The position numbers and the translations under genes are program-made. The notes below the pieces were generated by a model. That model worked only from the letters and a program-made list of their open reading frames with translations, did no database searches and was not told the origin of the DNA. Positions 37,944-51,990 of a stretch of 64,000 nucleotides of DNA are shown here, one piece after another (within the stretch, counting starts at the first letter, position 1; the number at the start of each line of letters is the position of its first letter). Location: NCBI GenBank assembly GCA_964016885.1, contig OZ024741.1, positions 359,786,001 to 359,850,000 on the forward strand, written 5' to 3'. The DNA is from Eledone cirrhosa (Eukaryota).

Positions 37944-38599
37944 CTTTAGGCAGGCAATTCAAGAGTACAACACATTAAATATATTAAAAGAGGTCGGTTG
38001 CCATTGAGACATCTGGAGCCCTCCATCTACCGTTTTTTTCTGCAAAATTAGGGAGGAGTACATTCCACCTGAGGAAGGAGCCCTGTGAGGTGGAGTGGCT
38101 GATGCAGTGGTTATCACTAACTGTTCTCTGCAACAATGCCTTCGCCATTTTATTTGTGGGGTGCAGCTGAGATATACTGCCTAGACTAGGTGTATAATCT
38201 GCTGCTTCTTCCCCATTTCCCTTACATTTGCTTTTTAATTTAATTTCTTTTTCTCTTTTTCAGTTTTTTTTTAAATGCAAATATTGAAAAATTGTATTAC
38301 ACACTTTTCAGTGTTGAATAAATTATGAAGTGCCCTGCTCAAAATGTTAAACCTCTCCTATCTTTGTGAACTGTGTATATTTTATTATGACTAAAATACG
38401 AGAAAGGGAAATTAAATGAATGACATCTATTACCTTTTCCTAGAGTATAAATTTCTATATCTGATATACCTTAACCACTCAGCTATACCTGCATCCTCTT
38501 ACCAGATATAATTATTTCAGTGCCATGATTTCTTGTAGTTTTATAGTTTTCTAGAGTCAGTTATGGACATAATCATTGAACAAAGTGTAATGACTGCTA

Positions 38600-39560
38600 C
38601 GAGGGTTTACTGAACAGTTCATAGGCTGACCAAGATACTCTCATGGAATATGACCAAATGAGGCTTACTTTTGAACACAGTCCCTGTTGCAGTCCACACA
38701 TTTCTTCCATTGGTGTTGCAGTGCTTGGATCCCATTGGTAAAGAAACTTTCATCCTGTAAATCAAAAAATCATCAACAGCAGATATTATGTTATCATCAC
38801 ACATCTATACTGGTTCCCAGCCAAGTGCTTTTTCATGTTGAGGAACAGATGATAGTCAGATAGGGCCAAATCAGGAGAATAGGGAGAGTGAGCAACCAGT
38901 TCTAAGTCACATCTAAGCAGCCATTGAAACAAAGGGCTTATGTGCTGAAGCATTGTCCTGATGAAATAAGACCCCTTTCGTCAGTATTCCTGGGCATTTG
39001 GTCATGATAGCCTCAATAAGTTGGCATAGCACCCTTCATTGATAGTATGGCTCTTTTGAAGTTAGTCAATAAACACAATGCCTTTTGCATCCAAAAAAAC
39101 TGAGGCCATTCCCTTCCCTGCAGATGAAACAACCTTGGCCTTCTTTGGAGCAGGAAAGGAGGGGTGTTTCCACTGCATGGATTGTCTCTTTGTTACTGGT
39201 TGATGAACCCAACATTCATTCTGGATTAGGAAATGCTCAAGGAAACCAGCTGGATCTGCCTCAAACAATGTCAGATTTTCCCATGATATCAACCTGGTCG
39301 CTTTTGTTCAGGTGTCAGAAGACACCAAGTTCATTGTACAGAATATTCTCAACTTTCTCAAGGGATATGCTAATAGTATTGGCTATTTAATTTATAGTTA
39401 ATCTCCTGCCATCTATCACCATGTGGTGAACACGATCAATGTTTTCCTCAGTGGTAGCAGTTGCAGGATGTCCAGACCTTGGGTCATCTTCAAGACTCTC
39501 TCTTCCTCTCCTAAATTCAGCTGCCCACTTTTGCTTTGTTGATAAAACTGTCAACAAAGC
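38600..39560 (-). mobile_element. Degenerate mariner transposon (transposase pseudogene, 3' TIR)
   Basis: TA-CGAGGG terminus; fragments RSGHPAT, WVH..TKRQSMQWKHP..PKKAKVVSSAGKGMASVF, PYSPDLALSDYHLF. Confidence 0.85.
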
Positions 39561-39599
39561 ATCTTGGGGAGACTCTGAGCATCAACAAAAATCAACTAG

Positions 39600-40420
39600 C
39601 CACTCTTTTCCAGTGGACTTTCAGTCCAGGGGCCATGGATAACTTCCAAAAATCCCTGGCCTGACAGTGGTACCAAGAGCATTGCCAATTCCAGATGAAC
39701 TCTACAGACATGGAAGTACCATCAGCCGGGCCTGTCCAAGATACATGCAAGGCGACAAAACCATCCTGCACTCACTCATTGAGTGTCTGAGTATTGCAGA
39801 CTTGTGGGTTTATGTTGAGCACCTGCTGTCCCATGTAGAACAGATCCAGCTATCAGCTGAGTCCATCATGAAGATTGCCTCACCAACTTCCTTTAGCCAG
39901 GAAAGACAAGGTTTTATTTGCCTGGTGATCATGGTGAAAGAGTGTGTGATTGATCCATTTGAAAGGGTTGAAGACAAGCACTTTCCTCTTTGGCAAAGAC
40001 CTGATTAACTTTTGGGGGTTTCACTTAAAGAGGAAAATCAGGTTGGAGTGGGAAATGCAACCTTCTAACTACTTTGTTGAAAGGTGGGTGAGAGTGGCAA
40101 GTATAGCCTGAGTGAATGGGCCTGCTCTGACTATGCACTTGTAGATTGGAGGAGGAGAACAACTGGTATGGAGTACTTGCCTTAGCAGTCAGGGTGACCA
40201 AGGTTTTTTTAGGTTTTCTCCATAAGTGACCCTTGGAAGTTTTTTTCCTATTGGGAAATTTATTTTAGTTTGAATTTTTATGTTACATTGTTTCCATTAT
40301 AATTTTCTACATGCAAAAACCCACACTGTACCATCCTGTGCTGTTCTTAATGTTTTCTTGGTGTTAGTCATGTGTAGGTAATAAAGAAATCATTTTTATT
40401 GTTATTTTTATTTTTTATTT
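39600..40420 (+). mobile_element. Tx1/L1-like LINE 3' fragment (second copy 49570-50320)
   Basis: ALPIPDELYRHG..ACPR..DKTILHSLIEC..LW resembles the C-terminal CCHC region; shared 3' UTR CCACA.TGTACCA.CCTGTGCTGT..AATAAAGAAA and an (ATT)n-like tail. Confidence 0.65.
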
Positions 40421-43400
40421 TTTTTATTATATAAAAAATGTTTTAAACCATAAAATAAGTAGAGTAAATACAATACAGAAAATAGCAGAGCACATTGTTA
40501 GCTAAAGCTCACACAGTCAGTCTCCATCCGTGACCTTCACCTTTGATCACTACAATGGTTTCTTTTCTTAGGAGTTTCATAACAACATTCCATCCTGTCA
40601 AAAAAGAAAATCCACTTTAAATTACTTCCTTTTTTTCTCTTTCTCTCACTCCTTTCTCCTTCTCTCACTCTTTTCTCCTCTTCTCTGTCTGCATGTTTGC
40701 CCACTACTACCACCACCACTCTCTTTTTTAAATCCAGCAATACTGTGGGAGGGAGCAGTGGGAGTAATCAACAGAAACAATGATCTTCAGAATGAAAGCC
40801 TACATGTAATGAATAATAGGTGGAGAGCTTAGATGGTTATACAGCTGAGTAGACCAAATAGTTGTGAATGGAACAAAAGCACTGCTGAGTGTAACAGGTA
40901 GTTTGGAGTGTGACCATTGCCCTACTGAGTGTAATAGGTGGTTTAGAATGGAACCACAGTACTGGTAAGTGTATCAAAGTGTCCTTAATGTGAAAATGGT
41001 ACAATTGAGTATAATAGGTTTTTTTTGTTTTTTTTTCTTTTCGTGACTTAAAGAAGAAAGGGCAGCACCTCCAGGACTAGTGGAAATAAGATAACCTTAG
41101 ACTAGAGACTAGGCCCAAATGCTTGCAACATAGAGGGCTCTGCTGAAGACACCCACTGGCCATATGGTAGTGTTAAACTGGGTGATGGGTTAAGTGTATC
41201 ACACCAAAGCAAGAATGCTTGCTTTAACATGCAGATGTTGACACAGATTCCATTTACTAAATTGCATTCACAAGGCTTTAGTCAACCTAAGGCTATGGTA
41301 GAATATACTTTCCCAAGGTTCCATGTAGTAAATGATAAAGTCAGCCCTTGCAGGATTCGAACCAATAATGAAAAGGAACATATTAACCAAGGAATGGATT
41401 ATATTATCTAACTAATAATGATTTCTAATTTAGGCATGAGGTCAACAATTTGGGAGAGGGGAAAGTCAATTAATTCTATGCCAATACTTTACTGGTGCTT
41501 TATTGTATCAATCCCAGAAGGATGAAAGGCAAAGTAGACCTGGGCAGGATTTGAATTCAGAGCATAAAGAATAATGCAAAGCATTTCATCCAAATACTCT
41601 AATGATTTTGCCAATCCACTGTCTTAGTTACCTAACTAACAATGATTTCTAGTATGGGCACAAGGCCAGTAATTTGGGGGAAAGGGAAAGTCGATTAAAT
41701 CGACCCCAGTATGTTATTGGTGCTTTATTTTATCGGCCCCGTAAGGATGAAAGACAAAGTTAACCTTGGTGGGATTTGAACTCAGAACATAAAGGACCGT
41801 AACTCTTTGCTGCAAAGCATGGTGCCCGACTCTACTGTTACTGCCAATCCACAGCTCTAGTTACCTAACTAATAATAAAATTGAAGTGCAACTCAACCGC
41901 TGCATGTGTTTTTATTAGCTGTATGACCCTTCCAAAGTATAACTATATCTGTTTCAACATACAACTTTACAGCATGAGTCTTATAAAAAACAAATACAAA
42001 AACATAATAATGATTTCTTACAAAGAACAAGAAAACAACTTAAGTGGCTGTAACTAAGAAATGCAAAGCATTATGTCGAACACTACACTGAGTAGATGCA
42101 GATGTCCAAAATAGGTGTCAATTGTCAGAGTTGTTAGCATGTTGGATAGAATGCTGTATGCTACCCATTATGGCTCTCTGCATTCTGAGTTTTGAGGTCA
42201 ATAAATAAAGTACCAGTCATATACTGGAGTAGATACTTCCTCTATATTTTTTTCAGTATCTCTCTTTCTCTCCCTCTCTAACAGGAAGAAATTGACTGTG
42301 TTCAGGTCTGGAGAGAGATAGGTTCCACCAGGTTTAAATGTCAAGACAACGCCACCCCTCGTATGATGACTACAGTTTAAAGAAAACCATAAATAAACTA
42401 ATAAATACTCCCTGATATTATCTTTGAAAATATGTATTATTAAAAAAATAAAGAAGAAAAAAAAACAGGATGTAAAATAGTAAAAAACTAAATACATAAA
42501 ACTTGGTAATTAACAAAAAAATGAAATATATTCGTCTTAGCTTTGACATTTGTTCTAGATTCTAGCTTCTCAGAGTAATTCTCACCCTTTATAATTCAAT
42601 AGCAACAAGATATATTTCCTTTGCTTCCTTCTCCCAATTTTCCAACTGGAACTTTTTATATGGTCTCCCCTCTTTATTTCAGTTTCTATCCCTCCCTTAA
42701 TATCTTTCTCTACCTCTGTATTTACCCACCCACTACACCACTCCTTAATCTCTTCCTCTCTCTATGTAGGCAATATACTTTACATGAATATGTTTCATGT
42801 CTACATCAATGTCTGCAACTATTTTATATATATACAACTATTTATATACTAACATAGTACCTGTCAAAAATGACAGGGTTTATAGTAAAAATATTTAATC
42901 TAATAATTCCTTAATTACAGGTAGTTTTGAGTGGGATCATGGCAAAGATAGTATCAGGGAGGGGAGTATTTATTAGTTTATTTATTTGTTTTCTTTAAAA
43001 TGTAGTCATCATACAAAGGGTGGCGCTGTCATGACATGTATAACTGGTGGAACTCATCTCTCTCCAGACTTGAACACAGCCAATTTCTTCCTATGGGAGG
43101 AGGAGAGAGAGAGAAGCATTGAGGGAAAATATGGAGAAAGAATCTACCCCAGTACAGGACTGGTACTTCTATGTCAAGATGTCATTGTCGTATTTCATTT
43201 TACATTTATTTAAATCAATTACAATAATTTTCTTCCATATTCTCTTTAATAATTATCAAACATTTATCCACTGAATTAGGATGACTTTGTTCTACCTAAT
43301 ATCTATCTTCTGACTGCTGTTGGGATTTATGCTTTGTTGTTGTTCTTGTCTGGTAAATATATATAAATATATAAATATAGATTGACAGTCAGACAGACAG

Positions 43401-44322
43401 ATATATAGAGAGATAGGTAGATAGATAGATATATAGGTAGGTAGTTACAAAGTTAGTGAGACAGGTAGATAGATGTTGATTTTATTGACCAAAGATTGAT
43501 ACATAGGTAGATAATCACTGTTCTATCACCGACCATCTTGTCAACACTGAGAAGGAGAGAGAGAGATAAGGAAGAAAATATCAAATTACCATTTTCTAGA
43601 AAAATCTAGCACAAAGTGGTTTTAACATATGATATATGTATTTATTTTCACTGACTAGTTAGAAAGAGCAAGGCAGTGCCTATGACACTTTTCAGGGCTT
43701 AGTCAGAGTGACAGAGGAAAGTATCCTCAAACCAGAGACTTGACCCAAATGCTTGCAACAGTGGTGTGCTGGTGATGTGGTAGTGGTGGGGCTGTAGTGT
43801 AATGGTAGTGGTGGTAGATAGAGGTGTGGAATTGTGTTTGTGTTGAATCTTCCCCACTGTATGCCAATATGGAAAAATGGGTGTACAACTAATGATGTTG
43901 GGGATTATGATATACATACATATATACGTGTATATATATATATATATATACTCACACACACATATATATTCAAAATAGGGTGCGCACAGGACAAAAAAAA
44001 ATGGAAAGACAAACAGTTCCATCTCCTCGGTCAACCTCTGGAAATCACTATGGTTTCTGTGCATTAAGGTTGATACAACTCAGTCCAGTGCACATTGGGA
44101 CACAACAAAACAGGTAGTGACAAGTTATGCCTTTAGGCAAATTACACAAATACAGAGTGCACCGGGGCTTAGCCAAAGGAAAAATATATAGAAAGGAGAA
44201 AAATAATATGTCTATAACAGCATTTAGCTGTTTTAATGGCTGTTCTAGCAATGAGTTTTCTCATTTTTATATGTATTCAAATACACTCTCACTTCGTCTC
44301 AATCAGAGACAACATTGTTTTA

Positions 44323-44352
<30 letters not shown>

Positions 44353-44353
<1 letters not shown>

Positions 44354-45010
44354 CATCATCATCATCATCATTTAAATGAATGGGTTGGACTTGAGGCAAG
44401 ATTGGTCAGGAGACCGTGTCTCGCTCGTACAGAACTGTTTCTGGCAGGTTTTCTATGGCTGGATGCCCTTCTTAACACCAACCACATTTACAGTGTGGAC
44501 TGGGAGCCTTTTTAGTGTGTCTCCTACACAACCACTTTACTGTGTGGACTGGATACTTTTTGTCGTGTCACCTACACGACCACTTTACAGTGGACAGAAG
44601 TAGGAGGATGGAGTAGGGAGTGTGGAGTGAGGTGGGGGTGTATATTGGGTTAATGGTGCCTACTGACTAGGTTTAAGTTTGTATGCAAGGGAAGGCGGGT
44701 CTTCTGTATAACTGCATTGTGCCAAAGATCTTGATCCAGTGACATTGTCTTAGAGAGGTGAAAGTGAGTAAGGTCAGTTTTTATCACCTTGTCCCAGGTT
44801 TTTCTTGGTCTACCCACCCTGTAGCTTCCATAAATTTTTAACATTGTGCATTTATTTTTATACAGCTATTGTCCCACCCTTGCAAGCAGGGAAAAGCGGA
44901 CATAAAATGATGATGATGATGATGATGATGATGTCCATCATACGCATCACATGTCCATACCAACGCAATCTCCTCTCCTGCACACAACATTTGATACCTC
45001 TTATACTTAG
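44353..45010 (-). mobile_element. Older RTE family A-related 3' end, interrupted at 44868-44935 by a family D-type 3' tail in the opposite orientation
   Basis: [25 protein letters not shown]. Insert GTCCCACCCTTGCAAGCAGGGAAAAGCGGACATAAAATGATG. Confidence 0.8.
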
Positions 45011-45073
<63 letters not shown>

Positions 45074-46289
45074 TCCCATATACATATATATATATCATTA
45101 TCATCATCAGTTGTGTGATCAGATTGTTGGAGAGGAGGGGCAGTGGTAGTTACTTGTTAGTTGTAGCTAGGATATTGAACAATAACATTAATAATTGTTT
45201 CTATTTTTGGTAAACGGCCAGCAATTTGAAGGGAGGGAGAAAGTCGATTAAACCGACTCCAGTGCCTTACTGGTACTTTATTTTATCAACCCTGTAAGAA
45301 TGAAAGGCAAAGCTAACCTCGGTGGGATTTGAACTCAGAATGTAAAGGGTTGTAACTATATGCTGCAAAGTATGTTGTACACCCTCTACCAATAATGATA
45401 ATAACAACAACAACAATAGCAATAATAATTTCTTTTATTTGCCACAAGGGTGCCAAATTAGGGAGACAATACAAAGGCAAGTTACATAAAATGTGGGGGC
45501 TTACATAAAAATAAAATGCGAAAAGAAGAAAAAAAGGTATACACAGTAGAAATAATAATGATAATAATAATGTTTCTTCCTTCTATAATCTTTCTTGAAA
45601 CAATAATATAAATAGCAATAGTGATAACTAAACATCCATGTTTATGGTTGTCCATTGAATCCAATGATGATTGAGAGCCATACTGAACAGACATACTATA
45701 ACAAATGTACAGTAGTACCTTTAAGCTGATGTATAAGACGTGGAGAACAAAGAACTGAAGTATGTAAGACAACAAATATACTCAAGTACATTAGCAAATA
45801 CTGGCAGATTTATTATAATAAACCATAAAAAGAATCTCAGATATAGAAATAGAACAAGACATACAAAGAATAATCACTGAAAATATGACAAAGAAACTAA
45901 TGACAGAGAGAGAAAGGAATACTCCCACAAATCATTGAAAGTAGTAAAGCAGAAAAATACAGAAAAACACATATTACCTTTCAAAATACAGTGAGGATAA
46001 CATGACAAAATTGACCACGCATTAAATGAACAAGTCTTCAGAATAAGACAAAAAGAAATATAGATAAAATATGAAACAAGGATGATTACAATATTACTAC
46101 ATAAGATTCAATTGATACAGAATGGAATAGAATGGATCTGCTGGTTTCAACAATGAATGTTCCAGTTATTTGAACAATGGAGCAGCTTACTCATGAAATT
46201 AATGTGTAAGTGTTGAGCAGTTCACAGATACATGTACCCTTAATAAAACTTTCTGGGTGATTCAGTATGATGCCATTGTGTAACAAGGC

Positions 46290-46824
46290 CAGAGATGTAT
46301 CTAGGGTATGGCAAGTATGGCACATGCCATAGGCACCACTTGAAAGGGGGCGCTACCTGGACTAGGAGCATTTTCTATTAAAGTCAGATAAGCTATCGTC
46401 AGAGAGTGAAAAAAGAAACTTCTTCAGTCTTTGATTATCATAGGTGAGAAACACTATGGTGGCTGGATCATTTATATTAGTCCCTTAGGTAAAAATACAG
46501 TGCTGGGAACTACATGATCACAGAGACATACCTCGTAATATAACTTATCAAATATTTTAGTAGGGTCTAATATTTGTCAAAGATCAGTATTACACAGATC
46601 ACTCCCTTTAAATACACTAACACTTTTGCCAATACTTTACGTATACTTAAGTGTAAAGGAAACCTATAGAACAAATGAAAATGCAGTTTAATACCCTTAA
46701 CCCTCATTTATTTAAACTGTGCTGTCAATCCCATTGTCTAATAACTACTGTATAGCTTACTGCATGGGCACGGGGACAATTTCAATATTTGCCACAAGTG
46801 CTATTTTCCCTTGTTACACCTCTG
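46290..46824. mobile_element. hAT-like non-autonomous DNA element
   Basis: Ends CAGAGATGTA / TACACCTCTG; imperfect 8-bp flanks AACAAGGC / TACAAGTC. Confidence 0.5.
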
Positions 46825-48031
46825 TACAAGTCTGGTCTGTTAAATTACATGTACAATCGATCCTATAGACTTTGAAACACTTTCCATTTACCCAACTTCA
46901 CTCACAAGGCTTGACTGGAGCTGAGGTTATGGTAAATGACATTTTTCCAAAATACTCAGTAGTGGAATCACACTCAGAATCTAATGATTGCAAAGTGAAC
47001 TTCTTAACTATTTGGCCATGCTGCATCCACTAGACTCCATGGAAACAACTATGGAAAATTCCAACCACAAATATATATTTCGACATCCACAACAAGTCAC
47101 AGAATAAACAGTGTCCTCGCTATCTTTTCTTTCTTTTTTTTTTTGTCTTGTCTCATCTCCAGATGCGTAGGGCATGTATAATTTAATGAGACTTTCATAA
47201 GCAGCCTCTTTTTTTTTTATTACATTGGATTTAATGTCAGTGTTTCACAATCCTCTTACTATCGATGGGATTTAAGTATAGTGGAGAATTTGAACACAAA
47301 CTACAGCGTGCTGGAGAAGATACTGCAAATCATCTTCATTGAACATTCTAATAGTTCTGCCAGTTCACTACCAAGTGCAGGTATTTTATTTATCACCCTC
47401 AAAAAGATGAAAGTAAAATTGACCTCAGTGGAATTTGAATCCAGAGCAGAGATCCAGAACAAATACTGCAAGGCATTTTATCCAACTCTATAATATATTT
47501 AATTTAATCCTTTCATTACCAAATTTCTATGATTTTCAAATAAACTTTAAATTGATAAAGAAATTGGAGTGATTTAGTAATATAATTAATTTAGTAATAT
47601 TATTAATGTCTGGAACATAACTTAACAAAGGTTCTTACATAAAATTATAATGTAAAGTTTTTAGATAAATATAAATCGATGCCAGCATGATGTTGATATG
47701 AATAAATTTGTATCATAGAACCAAGGACAGTTTCTGGCAGGTTGGTATGGAAAGGATTAAAACAATTTACAAAAGACAAGATCTAGCTAAACAACATTCT
47801 AAAAACTGTACATTGATTCATCTAAGCCAACAGCCAGATTAATGAAAACTCTCCAGCAGGGCTGGTACCTGGGTATTTAGTGATCTAGATTAGCTCTACA
47901 ATGTGCACCCATTTGTCCCAGTTATGCACCTCATTCTCCCAAATAAAATAATTTCAAATTACAGTTTGGTAAGCTGATAGTCTTAATTTTTGACACTTCT
48001 TGCTCTGATCACACTAAGAAAACAATTAAAC

Positions 48032-48275
48032 TTGAATACATATAGAAATGAGAAAACTTATCACTAGAACAGCTGTTAAAACAGCTAAATGCTGTTAAAA
48101 CAGCTAAATGCTGTCAAAGACAGTGATGGGCAAAATCCATGATTGTCTTTCTGTTGACCATTGGCCACTGATCTCTGTCCTCTGAGGCATTTTTTCATCG
48201 CTGTCTTTGACAGCATTTAGCTGTTTTAACGGCTGTTCTAGTGATGAGTTTCCTCATTTCTATAAGTATTCAAAT
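48032..48275. repeat. Inverted repeat element (single arm also at 44215-44330)
   Basis: TTGAATAC..CTAGAACAG..AAACAGCTAAATGCTGTCAAAGACAG versus CTGTCTTTGACAGCATTTAGCTGTTT..CTGTTCTAG..GTATTCAA. Confidence 0.75.
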
Positions 48276-48419
48276 ACACCCACGCTTCGTCTTGATCAGG
48301 GACAACATTGTTTTTTCATTTGACTAAACTTGCATTTTCCATTACACAATCCACATTCACCCATACCATCTATCTATCTAGGGTGGATAAAATTCCCACT
48401 ATCCATGGATGAGTTCTAT

Positions 48420-48495
48420 GTCCCTCATCATTGCTGCCTTGTCCTGCGTTTCCAAGAGACCTGTCTCTGTTCTTAGGGCATCAACATATGTCCTG
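48420..48495 (-). mobile_element. Short 3' fragment of RTE family B
   Basis: TGTCCCTCATCATTGCTGCC..CTTAGGGCATCAACATA matches 15991-16060. Confidence 0.7.
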
Positions 48496-51400
48496 GGTAT
48501 CACATTAAACTGCATCCAGTGCAAGCCTCCAGTTTGGGATTTCAGAAGTTTTGGGGAATGTGGAGTTACCCTTTAGTTGTTATCACTCCCAGGTCTGCTC
48601 TGGCCTGGAGTAGTAGTACCTGTTAGGGCCCCACTTATAGGTTAAATAATTACCTTATTCGAGTGGTACCGGTAAGGTATTATCAGCCATTGAAAAGAAC
48701 CATGGAGAGTGTATTTAACAGCACTAGGGTTAGAGCCCTAATTACACTGTCAAGGAGTAGTCTGGTCGTTATGACTCTGCTGGTTTAGAGTCACCCATAC
48801 CATATCATGTGATAAACGATCTTCTTCACCACACTAGATATTTCCACAATGCTGCTGTGTGGCAAAGTTGTTTAGCAAGTTATTTATTGATTGTAAGAAA
48901 TTATCATATATTTAAGTTATCTGTATAAAACTGATATCCTTTAAGGTTCAATAACGCCACTCTCTGAGGCCTGTGTCCTATTTGACCTTAATGGTAGCGC
49001 TAACCCTTGTTAAATGTATTTGCGAATGCTATTTGAACAATAAGCAGATTAATAAAAACTTCCTAGGTAGAATTGAAATCTCTGAGTATAGCTGCACATC
49101 AAGAACAATAAATAACCACACACACACAACAAACAAATAAATAAAATCTATTAAAACAAAAGGCTAATGCCAATTGCAGAATTTGTAATCAACATAAAAG
49201 AAAGAATCAATGGCCTAATTTCCGACTCTCCAGTATTTACAAAGACAGAATATATCCACAGACACAACAACATAGATAAGCTTCATATGCATTGATCAAC
49301 CAATATTATTTTACTGGTTGCAGTCATTTGAATGCGGTCATGCTGGAGCACTGCCTTTTGCAGATATTACTGTGTTATGACTGAAAATAAAATATATAAA
49401 CACACCCTCACCAATGGCAGATTAAGTGGTGGTGGTAGTGGAGAGGCTAACTGTGTCGAGTTCAAATCATACTGAAGTCAACTTTGCCTCCCATCCTTTT
49501 GGGGAGATTGTGTGATAAAATAAATTACCAGGGGTAGATTTAATCAACTTACCCTCTCACCAAATTGCTTTTGGTCCAGAGCCTATGGATAACTTCTAGA
49601 AATCCATGGCCTGGCAGTGCTACTGGGGAACGTTGCCAGTCCAAGATAAGCTCTACAGACATGAAAGTGCCATCAGCTATGCTTGTTCAAGTTGCACGCA
49701 TGTCGATGAAACTGTCATGCACGTACCTGTCTAGTGTCTGAGTATTGCTGGCTTGTGGGTTTATCTCAAACACCTGCTGTCATGTATTGGATGGATCTGA
49801 CTGTCAACTGAATCCATCGTCAAAATCTCACCACTGCCCTTCTTTAGAGAGGAAAGGCAGGCTGTTTTTGTCTGTCTGGTGACCATGGTGAAAGAAGTTG
49901 TATGGTGGATGCATCTGAAAGGGCTGAAGATGGGCACGTTCCTTTTCAGTGAAACTCTGATCAACTTCTTGAGGTTTCACTTGAAGAGGAAAATCAGTGT
50001 GGAGAAGGAAGTGCTGCCATCAAAGCAATTTGTTGAAAGAGGCGAGAATGGGCTTGCTCTGAGGGAGGACACATGGGAGATGGCACTTGCCCTGGCAGTC
50101 AGGGTGACTGTGTCTTTTTGAGGCTTTCTCCTCAAGTTATCCTATTGTGTAATTTTCTTTTGTTACATCCTTTTTTTTAGTTTTATATTCATTTTTACAT
50201 GCAGAAATCCACATTGTACCACCCTGTGCTGTCCTTAATGTATTTTTAAGTAACCCCTTTGTGGTTAATAAAGAAAACATTATTATTATGAGCCCTGTTA
50301 TTATTATTATTATTATTATTATCCAGAGTGGTGGATTGGTAGAATCTGTAGAGCGTCAAACACCATGCTTTGTAGTATAGAGTTATGGCTCTTTATATTC
50401 TGAGTTCATATGGCCCTTTATGTTCTAAGTTCAAATCCCGCTGAGGTAGGTTAGTTTTGCCTTTCAGCCTTACAGGGTCAATAAAATAAAGCACCAGTAA
50501 TGCAGCAGGGTCAATTTAATCAACTTTCCCCTCTCCCCAAATTGCTGGCCTTGTGCCTATAGAAGAAATCATCATTATTATTATCATACAGTTACCTATT
50601 CTCCTTTACACATTTCCTCTTTTGTTTGTAGAGGGCAAAGGAAGGGAGTTACTTTCAACTCTTTTATTATCATATTTCTATTGAAAGACACTACCTATGA
50701 AAATAATCAAGTATTTGGAGGGGTTTAGTAATATATCTTTCTCATTATTATCCTTAAGTTCCAGTTAAGTTCAGTGGTCGATATAACTGACTTTCTCCTT
50801 TACTCAAATTGCTGGCTTTGAGCCAATGTTAGAAAAAATTATTAAGCAGATGTTTGGAGCATAACTTAAATGTTCTTATACAATTATGATGGAAGAATTT
50901 TAGATAAATATAAAAACTCTTAAAAAAACAAACAGTTTTGTATTACAGAACTAAGGATGGTTTGAAAAGAGTTACTATTTCATAATGTTGAAGATGAGAT
51001 ATTTTTCATAACCTGAAGTGGTGGTGGTTGGGCATTGGTGATGTGTGTTGTGGTTCTGGTTGGGCATTGGTGATGTGTGGTGTGGTGTGGTTCTGGTGGC
51101 AGTTATACAACACGTTTGTATCATAAAATCAGGGCATTTCGTATCAATAGGGTTTGTAATAACCAGTAAAGTTTATCTGTTAGTTTGAAGCAGCTTGACA
51201 GTGTTTGAAATACCTTAGTTACTCTGTGTTTGACTACAGTAAGGACACATACAGTATCAGTTACAATCTCTCACCACAACACACATTTTTATTATCTCTC
51301 TCTCCAGCTCTTCATATTTTTCTATCTCTTGTTCACAGATATATAGTTTTTTGACAGAGGCCGAGGCCGTATTATAGAGGTCAGATTCACATAATAGAGG

Positions 51401-51502
51401 ACAGTATTTTAATACTAAAGCCAGAAAGCCAGGTGGACACATGTAGAAACATTTGCATTTATTCATCATCATATACTGCCCATTTTCGCTGCTAGCTAGG
51501 GT

Positions 51503-51541
<39 letters not shown>

Positions 51542-51688
51542 GGGATAACAAGTTATCGTTATAGGCAATCCACTTAGAGGTAGTCCAGTTAGATTACTCC
51601 GTGTTGTGGATGGTATTAACGTATGGCTTAGTTTGACTCAACAAGACGCTTCCATGGTGATGCAGCGAATTCACAGTGATTTCTATGT

Positions 51689-51990
51689 AGAGATAAGAGT
51701 AACATGGTTGTCTGTACAATAAGGGCTTTATTCACAGTGCTGACAATTGTTTCTTTGATCTGGTAGGTCTAGAGTTCGCTAATCGCTAGATGTTGCGTCA
51801 ATCGAACTCCAATACTTTGTTTATAACCAGCTCGTTCTGATCAATTAACTGGTTATAAACAAAGTATTGGAGTTCGATTGACGCAACATCTAGCGATTAG
51901 CAAACTCTAGACCTACCAGATCAAAGAAACAATTGTCAGCACTGTGAATAAAGCCCTTATTGTACAGACAACCATGTTACTCTTATCTCT
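51689..51990. repeat. Fold-back palindrome (142-bp arms, one mismatch seen, 18-nt loop) with hammerhead 3' half and AATAAA
   Basis: Arms 51689-51830 and 51849-51990; GAAACAATTGTC 51926-51937; AATAAA 51947-51952. Confidence 0.9.

Noticed and set aside
42205-43170. 200-bp inverted repeat as a DNA transposon TIR pair
   Set aside because: It is better explained as two tail-to-tail copies of a SINE variant also seen at 12330-12555.
48032-48320. Inverted repeat tested for a hammerhead
   Set aside because: No CTGANGA/GAAA-NUH arrangement was found on either strand.
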